Shown: positions 55,889 through 64,000 of the stretch, in pieces | How positions within the stretch are numbered: the stretch's first letter is position 1 | How the letters are laid out: every line of letters begins with the position of its first letter | Source: Thermoguttaceae bacterium | GTDB taxonomy: Bacteria; Planctomycetota; Planctomycetia; Pirellulales; Thermoguttaceae | Direction: 5' to 3' | DNA: 64,000 bases | Assembly (NCBI GenBank): GCA_031549705.1 | Contig: JAVBPI010000043.1 | Coordinates: 30,770 to 94,769, forward strand | Program-made: the position numbers and the translations under genes | Notes under the pieces: generated by a model | What the model was told of the DNA's origin: nothing | The model's database searches: none | The model's input: only the letters and a program-made list of their open reading frames with translations

Positions 55889-56737
55889 ATGCAAATCTTA
55901 TTGACGAACGACGACGGTATTTTCGCCCCCGGTTTGGCGGCCATGGAACGGGCTTTGCGGCGTTTGGGGGACGTTTTTGTTGTCGCCCCGGCCCGTGAAC
56001 AGAGTGGCGTATCCCACGCGATCACGTTTTTGACGCCGTTGACTTCGAAAAAAGTTTTCGTTGACGACGAACACTGGGGATGGGCAGTCGAGGGAAGCCC
56101 GGCAGACTGCGTCAAGTTGGGCGTCACGCAGATTATGCCCCGGTTGCCGGATTTGGTCGTTAGTGGCATTAACGGCGGTCTGAATGCGGGAATCAATGTC
56201 CTTTACTCCGGAACGGTTGCTGCGGCGGTCGAAGGGGCGATGTATGGGGTGACCAGTGTCGCCGTGTCGCTGGAGTATGAGGAAAAAGCGCCGTTTCCAC
56301 AGGCGGCGGAATTGGCGACGGATGTCATTGAGCGGATTTTGAAGCAACAGGGACCGGAACCGCAACTTTACAATTTAAACATTCCGTTGGAAGCGACCCG
56401 CGTTTCCCGGCCAACGGTTAAACTTGTCGAAACGGACGTTTCGCAGTATTGGGAATCGTTCGAAAAACGGGTCGACACGTTCGGCAGGCCGTATTATTGG
56501 TTGTCGGGACGGCCGGACCATCGGCAACCGAAACCGACAAGCGTGAATCGGGAGACGGACATTGCGGCGCTCGCCAAGGGACACATCACGTTGACGCCGC
56601 TTGATTTCGACATGACGAAGCGTTCCCAACTTGCCGCAATGGAGTCGTGGAAACTCGATCCGCAGACACCGGAGCCGGAAACGACGCCGAAAAAAGGAAA
56701 ACGCGGCCCGTCCATTCGGACGAGCATGAAACATTAG
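55889..56737 (+). CDS. surE: 5'/3'-nucleotidase SurE
   Basis: Motifs present are MQILLTNDDGIFAPGL, SGINGGLNAG and YSGTVAAA. Confidence 0.9.
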   Translation: MQILLTNDDGIFAPGLAAMERALRRLGDVFVVAPAREQSGVSHAITFLTPLTSKKVFVDDEHWGWAVEGSPADCVKLGVTQIMPRLPDLVVSGINGGLNAGINVLYSGTVAAAVEGAMYGVTSVAVSLEYEEKAPFPQAAELATDVIERILKQQGPEPQLYNLNIPLEATRVSRPTVKLVETDVSQYWESFEKRVDTFGRPYYWLSGRPDHRQPKPTSVNRETDIAALAKGHITLTPLDFDMTKRSQLAAMESWKLDPQTPEPETTPKKGKRGPSIRTSMKH

Positions 56738-56802
56738 TTAGCCGCATCGGCGCCCGATGCGCGGAATTCGGGGGAAGCGCGTCGGGGGCCGACGCGGCTA
56801 AC
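56737..56802. repeat. REP doublet (REPIN), repeat family 3
   Basis: GTTAGCCGCATCGGCGCCCGATGCGC and GCGCGTCGGGGGCCGACGCGGCTAAC are in inverted orientation. Each arm has a GCRTCGG/CCGAYGC hairpin. The element starts at the surE stop codon. Confidence 0.85.
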
Positions 56803-56804
56803 GG

Positions 56805-57194
56805 CTATTCGATGACCGGCATTTCGAAGCAGGCGACGTTGCTCGTCGAGGTTCCGAAGACTTTACCACTGGTGTCATGGAATTCGGCGTGGAGACGCCA
56901 ATACACGTACCGGCATTTCTTGACGTCGAGTTTCTTTTCCTCCATGAGCCGCACCCATTCGGCGAACGGGACGTCGGCCCGGCGGGTCGGCGGTGTGGCG
57001 ATGGAGCAGCTCTCCGGCGGAACGGCGACGAAACTCTTTTTGTCGACGGAAAATTCGACGCTGTACCGAATTGTCTTGCGTGTGGAATCGAGCTTCCAAA
57101 CGAGCGCGAAGGTATGCGTACCGCTTGGGTCGAGCGAGAAGCCGACGTCCAATTGACTCGGCGCGGGAATGTCCGATTTTTTCGAGAAAAACAT
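56805..57194 (-). CDS. Hypothetical protein (129 aa) enclosed by two REP doublets
   Basis: It has an ATG at 57194 and protein-like composition. I recognise no family. Confidence 0.5.
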   Translation of the reverse strand: MFFSKKSDIPAPSQLDVGFSLDPSGTHTFALVWKLDSTRKTIRYSVEFSVDKKSFVAVPPESCSIATPPTRRADVPFAEWVRLMEEKKLDVKKCRYVYWRLHAEFHDTSGKVFGTSTSNVACFEMPVIE

Positions 57195-57199
57195 GATGC

Positions 57200-57266
57200 G
57201 TTAGCCGCGTCGGCCCCCGACGCGCGGAATGTTAGGGGAAGCGCATCGGGGGCCGATGCGGCTAAC
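57200..57266. repeat. REP doublet (REPIN), repeat family 3
   Basis: It has the same arms as 56737-56802 and contains the stop codon of the RAYT gene. Confidence 0.85.
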
Positions 57267-57834
57267 GGGAATAGGGAACCACGAACGGCCAATGTTGAGG
57301 TTTGAGCCCATCGCGGATGGGGTTTTGCTCGACGTATTCAATGGCACGACGAACGTCGTCATCGGAATCGAGCCAGACCTCCCAATGGCCGCGAGCCCAC
57401 GGTGAGTGAACGCCGTCAAGCGGCCGTAGGTTTTCATGATTCATCTGTTTCGAGGCACGACTTTTCAGGTGTCCGACAATATCGGTGAACGGTTTTTGAT
57501 GCCGCTCGACAACAAGGTGAACGTGATTCGGCATGACGACGCAAGCGAAGACGCCGTAATGGGACTCATCGACAGCGACATGAAAACCGCGAGCGGTGGC
57601 GCGGGCCTGGAGTCCGTTCAGGACGACGGGCGGGACTTCGAGTTGTTTTTTGGCGTTAAGGCGATGTTTCACGTCATGGAAATCGCGGGCGAGGCTGCGG
57701 CTGGTATCGACTTTCGTCGCGGCTCCGGCATATTCGTACAATTTTCGGGAGCCGACGTAGATCGACCACGAACCGCGAGGATCGTTCGGCAACCAAAAAC
57801 CGTGGCACCCGAAAGTGATATGCGCCGCCAACAT
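57262..57834 (-). CDS. REP-associated tyrosine transposase (RAYT; IS200/IS605 Y1 HUH family)
   Basis: It has the HUH motif in VVMPNHVHLVV and a catalytic Tyr helix (RRAIEYVEQNPIRDGL). It is 190 aa and is flanked on both sides by family-3 REP doublets. Confidence 0.85.
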   Translation of the reverse strand: MLAAHITFGCHGFWLPNDPRGSWSIYVGSRKLYEYAGAATKVDTSRSLARDFHDVKHRLNAKKQLEVPPVVLNGLQARATARGFHVAVDESHYGVFACVVMPNHVHLVVERHQKPFTDIVGHLKSRASKQMNHENLRPLDGVHSPWARGHWEVWLDSDDDVRRAIEYVEQNPIRDGLKPQHWPFVVPYSR

Positions 57835-57857
57835 GGGGAAATTTTCGTAAATTTTTC

Positions 57858-57925
57858 GTTAGCCGCATCGGCCCCCGATGCGCGGAATTAACGGGGGAAG
57901 CGCGTCGGGGGCCGACGCGGCTAAC
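57858..57925. repeat. REP doublet (REPIN), repeat family 3
   Basis: It has the same arms and lies 24 nt upstream of the RAYT ATG. Confidence 0.85.
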
Positions 57926-57930
57926 GGGGT

Positions 57931-57965
57931 ATAAACGCCGAAAGCCGCGTCGTTGTCGGCGCGGC
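57931..57965 (-). terminator. Putative intrinsic terminator of the 989-aa repeat-protein gene
   Basis: On the minus strand, a GCCGCGCCG-ACAA-CGACGCGGC stem-loop is followed by TTTCGGCGTTTAT. It lies about 30 nt after the stop at 57997. Confidence 0.5.
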
Positions 57966-57996
57966 CATCGGTTTAAACATCGTGAAACGTCAACAA

Positions 57997-60966
57997 CTAC
58001 GGGGTCACGGGATCAATCGACGTGTACGCCTTGTTGAGGAACTTCGGCATCGAGAACTTCGCGACCTTCGAGAGGGCGACGTTCGTGTTCGTCGTGACGG
58101 TCGGATCCGTGTAGACCGCGACGAGCTGGAACTGGAGCGACTTCAACGTCGAATTGATGTCCGCCTTTTCACCACCTTCAAATGCCTTGGGATTAGCGTC
58201 CGTCAGGGTGAACGTGGCGGAGTCGGTGAATCCATCGATACCTTTCACGTTTCCGGTTCCGTCGACGCCATTGTTAGTGGCAGCATTGTTAAACAATTTT
58301 GCCAGAATCACGTTGAAATCCAGCAGGGTGAGGTTGTACGCCGTCTTGTTGCTGTCGGTCGTTGCAAAGTGCTTATTGGTCTCTTCGCCCAAGTACTTCG
58401 TCACGTCACCCAAGTTGATCGAGTTCATCAGGATACCATTGAGTGGATCGGTCTTGTCGGTCGACTTGAGAACGGCCGATTGCGTCGAGACGAGCAACTC
58501 ATAGGCGACCGGAGCGGTAGCCGTTTGGTTCTTACCTTCCGTGGTGTTCGGCAGCGTCTTGGGGGAACCGTCCTTCACCTGAAGTTGGATTCCCAACACG
58601 GTCGTCGGCGTTGTTTGCGTCTTGTCGATCGTAAGTCCGAAGCCGGTCTTCGCAATGGAAGCCAACGGAGCGGCAGGGGTCTTGAAGTTGCCGACCTTCG
58701 AAATGACGGCCAAGGCCGATTTGCCTGCATTGACATCCGCCGCAGTTCCGGTGGACGCGTCCTTGCTCAGGTCGGCGATTTCGATGATGCGGTAGTAGTA
58801 GGTCTGGCCGGATTTGAGTCCGGTGAACGCCTTTTCCGCGGCAATTTTCGGATCGGTCACATTATCCAATGTTACGGAAACGACGGGATTCGTGTCGGTG
58901 CCATCCCATTTGACGTCGGTCGCCTTGACGAGCTTGCCGTCAACGGACCACGCTTGAACGTATTCAAGGTAGTAGGTCTTTTGGGCATTCGTGACACCGG
59001 TCTTGGCGTCCACCTTATCGGTGACCTGCATCGTGGCGCCGAAAATGTTCAAGTTGGCGGCCTTACCGGCAGCGGCCTTCAGTTCGACGGTCGACAACGA
59101 GATTTTCGTTTCCTTCACTCCCGTGGACGGAAGTTCAGCCGGTTTGGCGTCGGCCTGGAACGACGTGATTCGCACTTCGTACTTGTACTTGGAGTTCAAG
59201 CCGGTGAAGATGATGTCTTTCCCTTCCCATGCTTTCACGGTATCGGCGTCGACGATGTCGATATTGCCAACCAGCGTGCCGCCTTTTGGGGCTTTGCCAT
59301 CGGTGCCCGGCGTCGACATATCGTACAGCGCGATACCGTAGAAATCGGCACCGGCGTCGGCGGTCGTGAGGGTGAAACCGGCGGAGTAGCTGGTCGCTCC
59401 CTTGGCGGCGTCCTTAATGACGGTCGCCTTGACACCGACCAGTTTCGCCGCCGCTGTCGTGAGGGTGACGTCTGTTGCAGCAGCAGCGGCAGTACTCTTG
59501 CTGGTCGCTTCACGACCGACGACGCGAACCTTATAGGTTCCGTCCGGAAGAGCGTCGATGCTGTTGCCGGACGAAGCACTGGCCTTCGCGAGGAACCACG
59601 TCTTGCCGCCGTCCGTCGATAATTCGATGTCGTGCGTGGAGGCCACTTTCACCGTTTCGCCTGTCGATTTACCGGCGGTCCAAGTCACGGTAATCTTACC
59701 GTCTTTGCCGACAGCCTTGACTGCGGTCGGAGCCGCAACCGTGTTAGTGGCAGTCTCAGCAAGCATCTGCAACGACTTGCTGCTCACCGTCATCAGGCTT
59801 GCAGTGGCGTCAGAGCCTTCCAAGGCCAATGTTGTCACCTTGGCGTAGTAATAACCCTCGCCAGCAGCGGCCAAACCGGTTCCGATGTCAAATGTCGCCG
59901 TTGTTGCCGTCGCACTGAAAATAGAATACGATCCGATAGCGGTGACTCCATCGGTTGCTTCGTCCGTTACCGCCTTGAAGACTTCTACCTTATATCCGGC
60001 AACATTGTCTCCGGTAACCGCAGCCCATTTGACGGTCAGATTCGTTCCAGCGACGGCAATTCCATCCGTCGAGTTCGCGGTAACGGCTGTCGGAGCTGTT
60101 GCAGCGGTGGCAGGAACCGTGTGGAAGATCGACGTGCTGATGCTGCCGATGTAGCCGGTGGCGTCTTGGATTTCGCAGTTCACCAAGTAGGTCTTGCCGG
60201 CGGTCAACGCAACCGTGGCATCGGTATTATAGGCAACAGCGCTTGAGGCAACAACGGTCGGTGTCGCCGCACCGACTTCCGTGAAGTAGAATTTGACCTG
60301 CGTCGCACCGGTCGGACCTTCGCTCAGTTTCACCTTTGTGGTAGCGGCAGTCGAGGAATCAATCACGATCTTGCTCGGATCGGCGACCAACACCTTCGGC
60401 GTCGCGGTGGTGGGGGTCGGCGTGGCTGCAGGAATCGTAACGCTTGCCGATGTCACATCGGTTCCCGCAATCGCAGTGCCATCTACCGTCGCACAAAAAA
60501 CGACAAATTGGTCTGCCGAAGTGGCCGGCACCGCTGCAGCAAGGTCAAAAGAAGTTAAAACCGCAGTGCCGTCACCGCTGGCAACGCTAATGGGGCTCCC
60601 CGCAGTTTGCCAGCCAGAAGTTCCACTTCCTTCTGTGCCCACAGTTCCTGCACTTTTCGCCGAGGTTAAGACCTTGTAGTAAACTTGACAGGTTCCGGTA
60701 TCGGTCGCATTGGCGGAAAAAGTCGCTGTAACGCCAACAGCGCTAAGATTGGCAGCGGATGTCGCGACAGAGGCTACCGTTACTCCCACGGCTTCCGTCG
60801 TCACATCGCTTTCGACGCCGAATGTTTGAGCGGTTTGCACATAATCGGCTCCATCGTATCCGAGGGGATTGATGCTGAGCAGTTCACGGTTTTCGAGGGA
60901 CTCCATCCCCAAAGCTCGCTTCGAAATCTTTTTCGAGTTTCCTTTGCCTGAGAAAATACTGATCAT
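57997..60966 (-). CDS. Large Thr/Ala-rich Fn3/Ig-like repeat protein (989 aa), paralogous termini to the giant Fn3 protein
   Basis: The ATG at 60966 has AGGAG 6 nt upstream. The N-terminus has KRALGMESLENRELLS. Repeat modules have TVKW/TVTW and Y-x-V-R-(V/I) motifs. The C-terminus is ..VAKFSMPKFLNKAYTSIDPVTP. Confidence 0.9.
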   Translation of the reverse strand: MISIFSGKGNSKKISKRALGMESLENRELLSINPLGYDGADYVQTAQTFGVESDVTTEAVGVTVASVATSAANLSAVGVTATFSANATDTGTCQVYYKVLTSAKSAGTVGTEGSGTSGWQTAGSPISVASGDGTAVLTSFDLAAAVPATSADQFVVFCATVDGTAIAGTDVTSASVTIPAATPTPTTATPKVLVADPSKIVIDSSTAATTKVKLSEGPTGATQVKFYFTEVGAATPTVVASSAVAYNTDATVALTAGKTYLVNCEIQDATGYIGSISTSIFHTVPATAATAPTAVTANSTDGIAVAGTNLTVKWAAVTGDNVAGYKVEVFKAVTDEATDGVTAIGSYSIFSATATTATFDIGTGLAAAGEGYYYAKVTTLALEGSDATASLMTVSSKSLQMLAETATNTVAAPTAVKAVGKDGKITVTWTAGKSTGETVKVASTHDIELSTDGGKTWFLAKASASSGNSIDALPDGTYKVRVVGREATSKSTAAAAATDVTLTTAAAKLVGVKATVIKDAAKGATSYSAGFTLTTADAGADFYGIALYDMSTPGTDGKAPKGGTLVGNIDIVDADTVKAWEGKDIIFTGLNSKYKYEVRITSFQADAKPAELPSTGVKETKISLSTVELKAAAGKAANLNIFGATMQVTDKVDAKTGVTNAQKTYYLEYVQAWSVDGKLVKATDVKWDGTDTNPVVSVTLDNVTDPKIAAEKAFTGLKSGQTYYYRIIEIADLSKDASTGTAADVNAGKSALAVISKVGNFKTPAAPLASIAKTGFGLTIDKTQTTPTTVLGIQLQVKDGSPKTLPNTTEGKNQTATAPVAYELLVSTQSAVLKSTDKTDPLNGILMNSINLGDVTKYLGEETNKHFATTDSNKTAYNLTLLDFNVILAKLFNNAATNNGVDGTGNVKGIDGFTDSATFTLTDANPKAFEGGEKADINSTLKSLQFQLVAVYTDPTVTTNTNVALSKVAKFSMPKFLNKAYTSIDPVTP

Positions 60967-61086
60967 GAAAGTCTCCTAAGTTAAAACGAGAGTGAGGGGT
61001 GGTTCGTACCCATTCAGTGACGTGTCACGTCGACGCACGACGCGTCACCGTGGCGGGATGTATCGGGGGAAGGTACCGGTAATCCG

Positions 61087-61116
61087 GAAAGCGTATCGGG
61101 GGCCGATGCGGCTAAC
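61087..61116. repeat. Half copy of repeat family 3 (REP)
   Basis: The sequence is gaaagcgtatcgggggccgatgcggctaac. Confidence 0.6.
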
Positions 61117-61466
61117 TGGGTAAAATATCCGGCAGTTTGGTTTTCTACGTAAAGTTACCCTATTCTAGTTCATTAAAATCTGCCGTCAACGAAAATTTTT
61201 TGAGTTTTTCCTAAAATATGCCGGAAATGCCTCAAGAACCGGTCCTGACGTTTGGATCGTAACGGACGATTAGGTTATAACGGTTTTCAAATTTCGTGCC
61301 AAGTTCGTTTTGCGGCTTATTTTTTTCGTTTTCTTGAGTCAAAATCATCATTTTCCGCAAATTAATCAAAAAACAATGCCGCGTTTCGATACACAAATAC
61401 CCCCTTTTGTGCGAAACAATACAGCAGCAGCAAAGTGATGTTTTAGTACAAAATGGCGGTCAAACG

Positions 61467-61575
61467 ATGGTAGCCGGAAGCGAAGGGTACTCCCGCAGCG
61501 CCCGGTTTGATGGTCGTACCACGCCAAAAAACCGGGCGCTCTCGCCGGACTACCGGCTTCGCTTCCGGCTACCAT
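61467..61575 (+). other. 109-nt nested GC-rich hairpin upstream of the URO-D-family gene (unclassified; possible cis-regulatory RNA or repeat)
   Basis: The outer 19-bp stem is ATGGTAGCCGGAAGCGAAG / CTTCGCTTCCGGCTACCAT. The inner stems are GGTA/TACC and GCGCCCGGTTT/AAACCGGGCGC. It ends 77 nt before the ATG at 61653. Confidence 0.5.
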
Positions 61576-61652
61576 GCGTATCTTGAATTCGATCGGACGC
61601 CGGAGTAGAATCGGACGCCAACGGTTGAATCCCCTCACTTTTCAAGACGACC

Positions 61653-62846
61653 ATGAGCGACAAACAGACGTTATTCCAAGAACGGTTGAAACGGTACGTC
61701 ACGGCAATGCGGAACGAAAAACCGGATCGGGTTCCCGTTCGACCGTTCGCCGCGGAAGTCACCGCCGTTCACGCCGGATTCACCTGTCAACAGGTGACCC
61801 ACGATTATCGGTATGCTTTCGAGGCGATTCTCCAATGTTGCCGCGATTATGATTGGGACGCCACGGTTCCCAACATGGTGTATGTCTGGACCGGCTTGGT
61901 GAAGTCGCTCGGCATCAAATATTACGCCGTGCCGGGTATCGAAGTCTCCGCCGACACCGGATTCCAATATATGGAGCCCCCGGAAAACGGTGCGTGGATG
62001 CGGGAAGACGAATACGACATTTTCGTCAAGGAACCGATCGATTTCCTGGCGAACGTCTGGTTTCCCCGTGTCACGCAACACGTCGCGCCGCCGGGTTCTC
62101 CCGCTTCGTTTCGTGGCAACATGGCAATGCTCAGCGGCATGGCGTCGATGAAAAATTACTTCGCCGCTTACGGTCCGCACATCAACCGGATGACGAACGA
62201 AACGGGAACGCCGTGCGCGATTTCCGGAATTCTGAAAGCGCCGTTCGATATCATCGCCGACAAATTTCGCGGCTACCGTGCCCTTTGCATGGACCTTTAC
62301 CGCCAACCGGACAAAGTGGTCGCCCTGACGGAAGCCCTGACACCGCATCTCGCCTTTGTCGCCGAACAGACCGCCGATCCGGGCCGAAATCTGCCGGTCG
62401 GGTTGTGGTTGCATCGCGGCTGCCTGCCGTTTTTGTCGCCGAAACAGTTTGAGAAGTTTTTCTGGCCGTCGCTCAAGCAGATTATCTGCACGCTTTGGAG
62501 CAAGGGGATCCAAACGCTTTTCTACGCCGAAGGGGAATGGAACGGCAACCTGAAATACATTTCGGAGCTTCCCGACAAGAGCATCGTGTACCATGTGGAT
62601 CGCGGCGACATTTTCGAGGTCCACAAAGCGGTCGGGCATAAATTCTGCATCAGCGGCGGCATTCCGAACGATTTATTGGCGTTCGGCACGCCGGACGAGG
62701 TGAAACAGTTCGTGAAAAAGGTGATCCAGGGAGTCGGCAAGGACGGCGGATACATCGTCGACGCCTGCGCGATCATGCAGAACGACACGAAGCTCGAAAA
62801 CCTTCGTGCCATGGGGGAAGCGGCATACGAATACGGCGTGTATTAA
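61653..62846 (+). CDS. Uroporphyrinogen-decarboxylase-family (MtaA/URO-D-like) protein
   Basis: The N-terminus (RLKRYVTAMRNEKPDRVPVRPF) and barrel blocks resemble the URO-D methyltransferase/decarboxylase superfamily. It is a distant paralogue of 25941-26960. Confidence 0.6.
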   Translation: MSDKQTLFQERLKRYVTAMRNEKPDRVPVRPFAAEVTAVHAGFTCQQVTHDYRYAFEAILQCCRDYDWDATVPNMVYVWTGLVKSLGIKYYAVPGIEVSADTGFQYMEPPENGAWMREDEYDIFVKEPIDFLANVWFPRVTQHVAPPGSPASFRGNMAMLSGMASMKNYFAAYGPHINRMTNETGTPCAISGILKAPFDIIADKFRGYRALCMDLYRQPDKVVALTEALTPHLAFVAEQTADPGRNLPVGLWLHRGCLPFLSPKQFEKFFWPSLKQIICTLWSKGIQTLFYAEGEWNGNLKYISELPDKSIVYHVDRGDIFEVHKAVGHKFCISGGIPNDLLAFGTPDEVKQFVKKVIQGVGKDGGYIVDACAIMQNDTKLENLRAMGEAAYEYGVY

Positions 62847-62866
62847 TTTCAACAACGATCAATGCA

Positions 62867-63031
62867 ATGAACGAACAACAAACGAAGCACCCCGGCGTCT
62901 GCGTTCCCTTTGAGGAGGCGAAAGCCGACTGGCCGGAGATCCAAGGGGACGAGGAAATCGTCCGAAAAGTCTGGGAGGAGAACGACGCCGAAGCGTACAT
63001 GTTCCTCTGGCAATGCGTCCTCTCGTTCTGA
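62867..63031 (+). CDS. Possible small ORF (54 aa), low confidence
   Basis: I read this by hand and it is below the ORF-track cutoff: MNEQQTKHPGVCVPFEEAKADWPEIQGDEEIVRKVWEENDAEAYMFLWQCVLSF. It fills the gap between two plus-strand genes. There is no homology evidence. Confidence 0.25.
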   Translation: MNEQQTKHPGVCVPFEEAKADWPEIQGDEEIVRKVWEENDAEAYMFLWQCVLSF

Positions 63032-63057
63032 TAACGATACAAAACCGATCGGATCTG

Positions 63058-64000
63058 ATGCGACGTTTCATCGCCGTATTCGTGCTCTTTTTGTTTTTGT
63101 TCCACGAAACGTTCGCTTACGTCGGCAACACCGGAACGCTCGGCGACGTCTCGATCACGCTGGAGAAGCCGCCGCGAATCGACGCTCTCGAACAACCGGT
63201 TACGGTTGCGACCATTCTCCACAACAAATCCGACGCCGACGTTTCCATTCGGCTCGATTACCGGACCATCGAAACGCTCGAATTCCCCGACTCGGACGGC
63301 AAGGACAAACGGCTCCTCACGAAAACGGTCGTCGTCCCTGCCGAAGAGACCGTTGAAATCGAAGTCGAGGTCAGGATTCTCGCGCATGCCGGGACGTACA
63401 ACGCTCATTATCCGATCTCGCTGGACGCAACGGCGACCGTCGACGGCAAGGAAACGACCGTTCACATGGTCCATCCGATCGAAACGAAAGTCGGTCCGAA
63501 CCCGAACTGGAACCCGACGGTCCGTTATCCGGAAACGATTCTCAAGCCTTGGCCGAAACCGACCCAAAAAAACGAAACGGAATTTGCCCTGCCGCTGACG
63601 TTGTCGTACCATTTTTCCGGAAAGCGTCGTTGCTTCATCGAACACGGAAAAAAGGGGCTCCTCGATGGAACGATTGCGCTGATCGACGGTGAGCGAAGTA
63701 TTGCGATTCAAGGACTTCGTATCTGGATTGCCGGACATCCACTGACGGAATTCGTCACCGCATCGCCGCAATTCGTCGGAAGTCCGAATTCGTCGGGTAA
63801 TGTATGGAATTACGACGTCGAGGTCGACGGGAAGAAAACAACCGTCTCCTTCACGATCAAAGCGGAACAGGACGCGTTGCGGCTTTCCGTCGACTCGCCG
63901 GAGCCGGGTCTGATCACCGCCGTCGAGTTCGGACCGATGGGCAAAACGGCGAACCGTGTTTATTTCGGACACGGTTACGTCGTCGAACAGCCGGGACAAT
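63058..64000 (+). CDS. Secreted hypothetical protein, 3' end outside the window
   Basis: I translated this by hand. The ATG at 63058 gives a signal peptide (MRRFIAVFVLFLFLFHETFA), and the frame is open to nt 64000 with protein-like composition. It is absent from the ORF track because no stop occurs in the window. The listed minus-strand ORF 62773-63999 is its antisense shadow. Confidence 0.75.
   Translation, partial: MRRFIAVFVLFLFLFHETFAYVGNTGTLGDVSITLEKPPRIDALEQPVTVATILHNKSDADVSIRLDYRTIETLEFPDSDGKDKRLLTKTVVVPAEETVEIEVEVRILAHAGTYNAHYPISLDATATVDGKETTVHMVHPIETKVGPNPNWNPTVRYPETILKPWPKPTQKNETEFALPLTLSYHFSGKRRCFIEHGKKGLLDGTIALIDGERSIAIQGLRIWIAGHPLTEFVTASPQFVGSPNSSGNVWNYDVEVDGKKTTVSFTIKAEQDALRLSVDSPEPGLITAVEFGPMGKTANRVYFGHGYVVEQPGQ

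Noticed and set aside
61467-61575. I tested the nested hairpin against SRP (4.5S) RNA, because of a GGTACTCCCGCAGCGCC stretch reminiscent of the E. coli 4.5S 5' region, and against a cobalamin riboswitch.
   Set aside because: It lacks the conserved SRP domain IV (GGAA tetraloop with AGCA/GGAAGCAGCC loops) on either strand, and lacks a B12 box (GCCACTG-like). The resemblance is too short to mean anything.

Overview
This is a 64-kb chromosomal segment, G+C-rich by eye. Its gene content looks Planctomycetota-like: a GspG-type prepilin protein, a DUF1573 protein, divergent Ser/Thr kinases with a TPR tail, an FHA-sigma54 activator, an O-antigen-ligase/TPR fusion, and giant Fn3-repeat proteins with an N-terminal ESLENRE(L/M)LS motif. 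The taxon call is an inference from gene content only. Housekeeping genes recognised are rsmA, an RluA-type pseudouridine synthase, ffh-rpsP-trmD-rplS, hemC, cysS, fabI, surE and dgkA. Accessory content includes an Lsa-like ABC-F ATPase, an ECF sigma/anti-sigma cluster, an autotransporter, a VapBC/GNAT/HEPN islet, an EpsI-like operon and a REP-associated tyrosine transposase (RAYT). No rRNA, tRNA or CRISPR array was found. Observations I rank highest:
1. Tandem heptanucleotide (ACGAACC)n arrays occur as inverted pairs in the ffh-rpsP-trmD-rplS operon. Fourteen perfect copies touch the rpsP AUG, and an Avd/23S-IVS-family four-helix-bundle gene sits in the loop of one pair.
2. A 1747-aa Fn3 protein has an intact PEP-CTERM sorting signal stranded in the -1 frame just past its stop codon. 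A paralogue carries a decayed remnant of the same tail, and an EpsI-like gene lies elsewhere in the window.
3. An A+T-richer two-gene cassette (PD-(D/E)xK-like protein plus MBL/beta-CASP-like hydrolase) could be an uncharacterised nuclease or defence module.
4. At least four families of hairpin REP/REPIN-like repeats are present. One family flanks the RAYT gene.
5. A GspG pseudopilin carries Met/Gly-rich low-complexity regions ending in about ten GAQPGM(M)G repeats.
6. An in-frame amber codon splits the sigma54 activator.
All functional calls come from motif recognition by eye. No database search was run.
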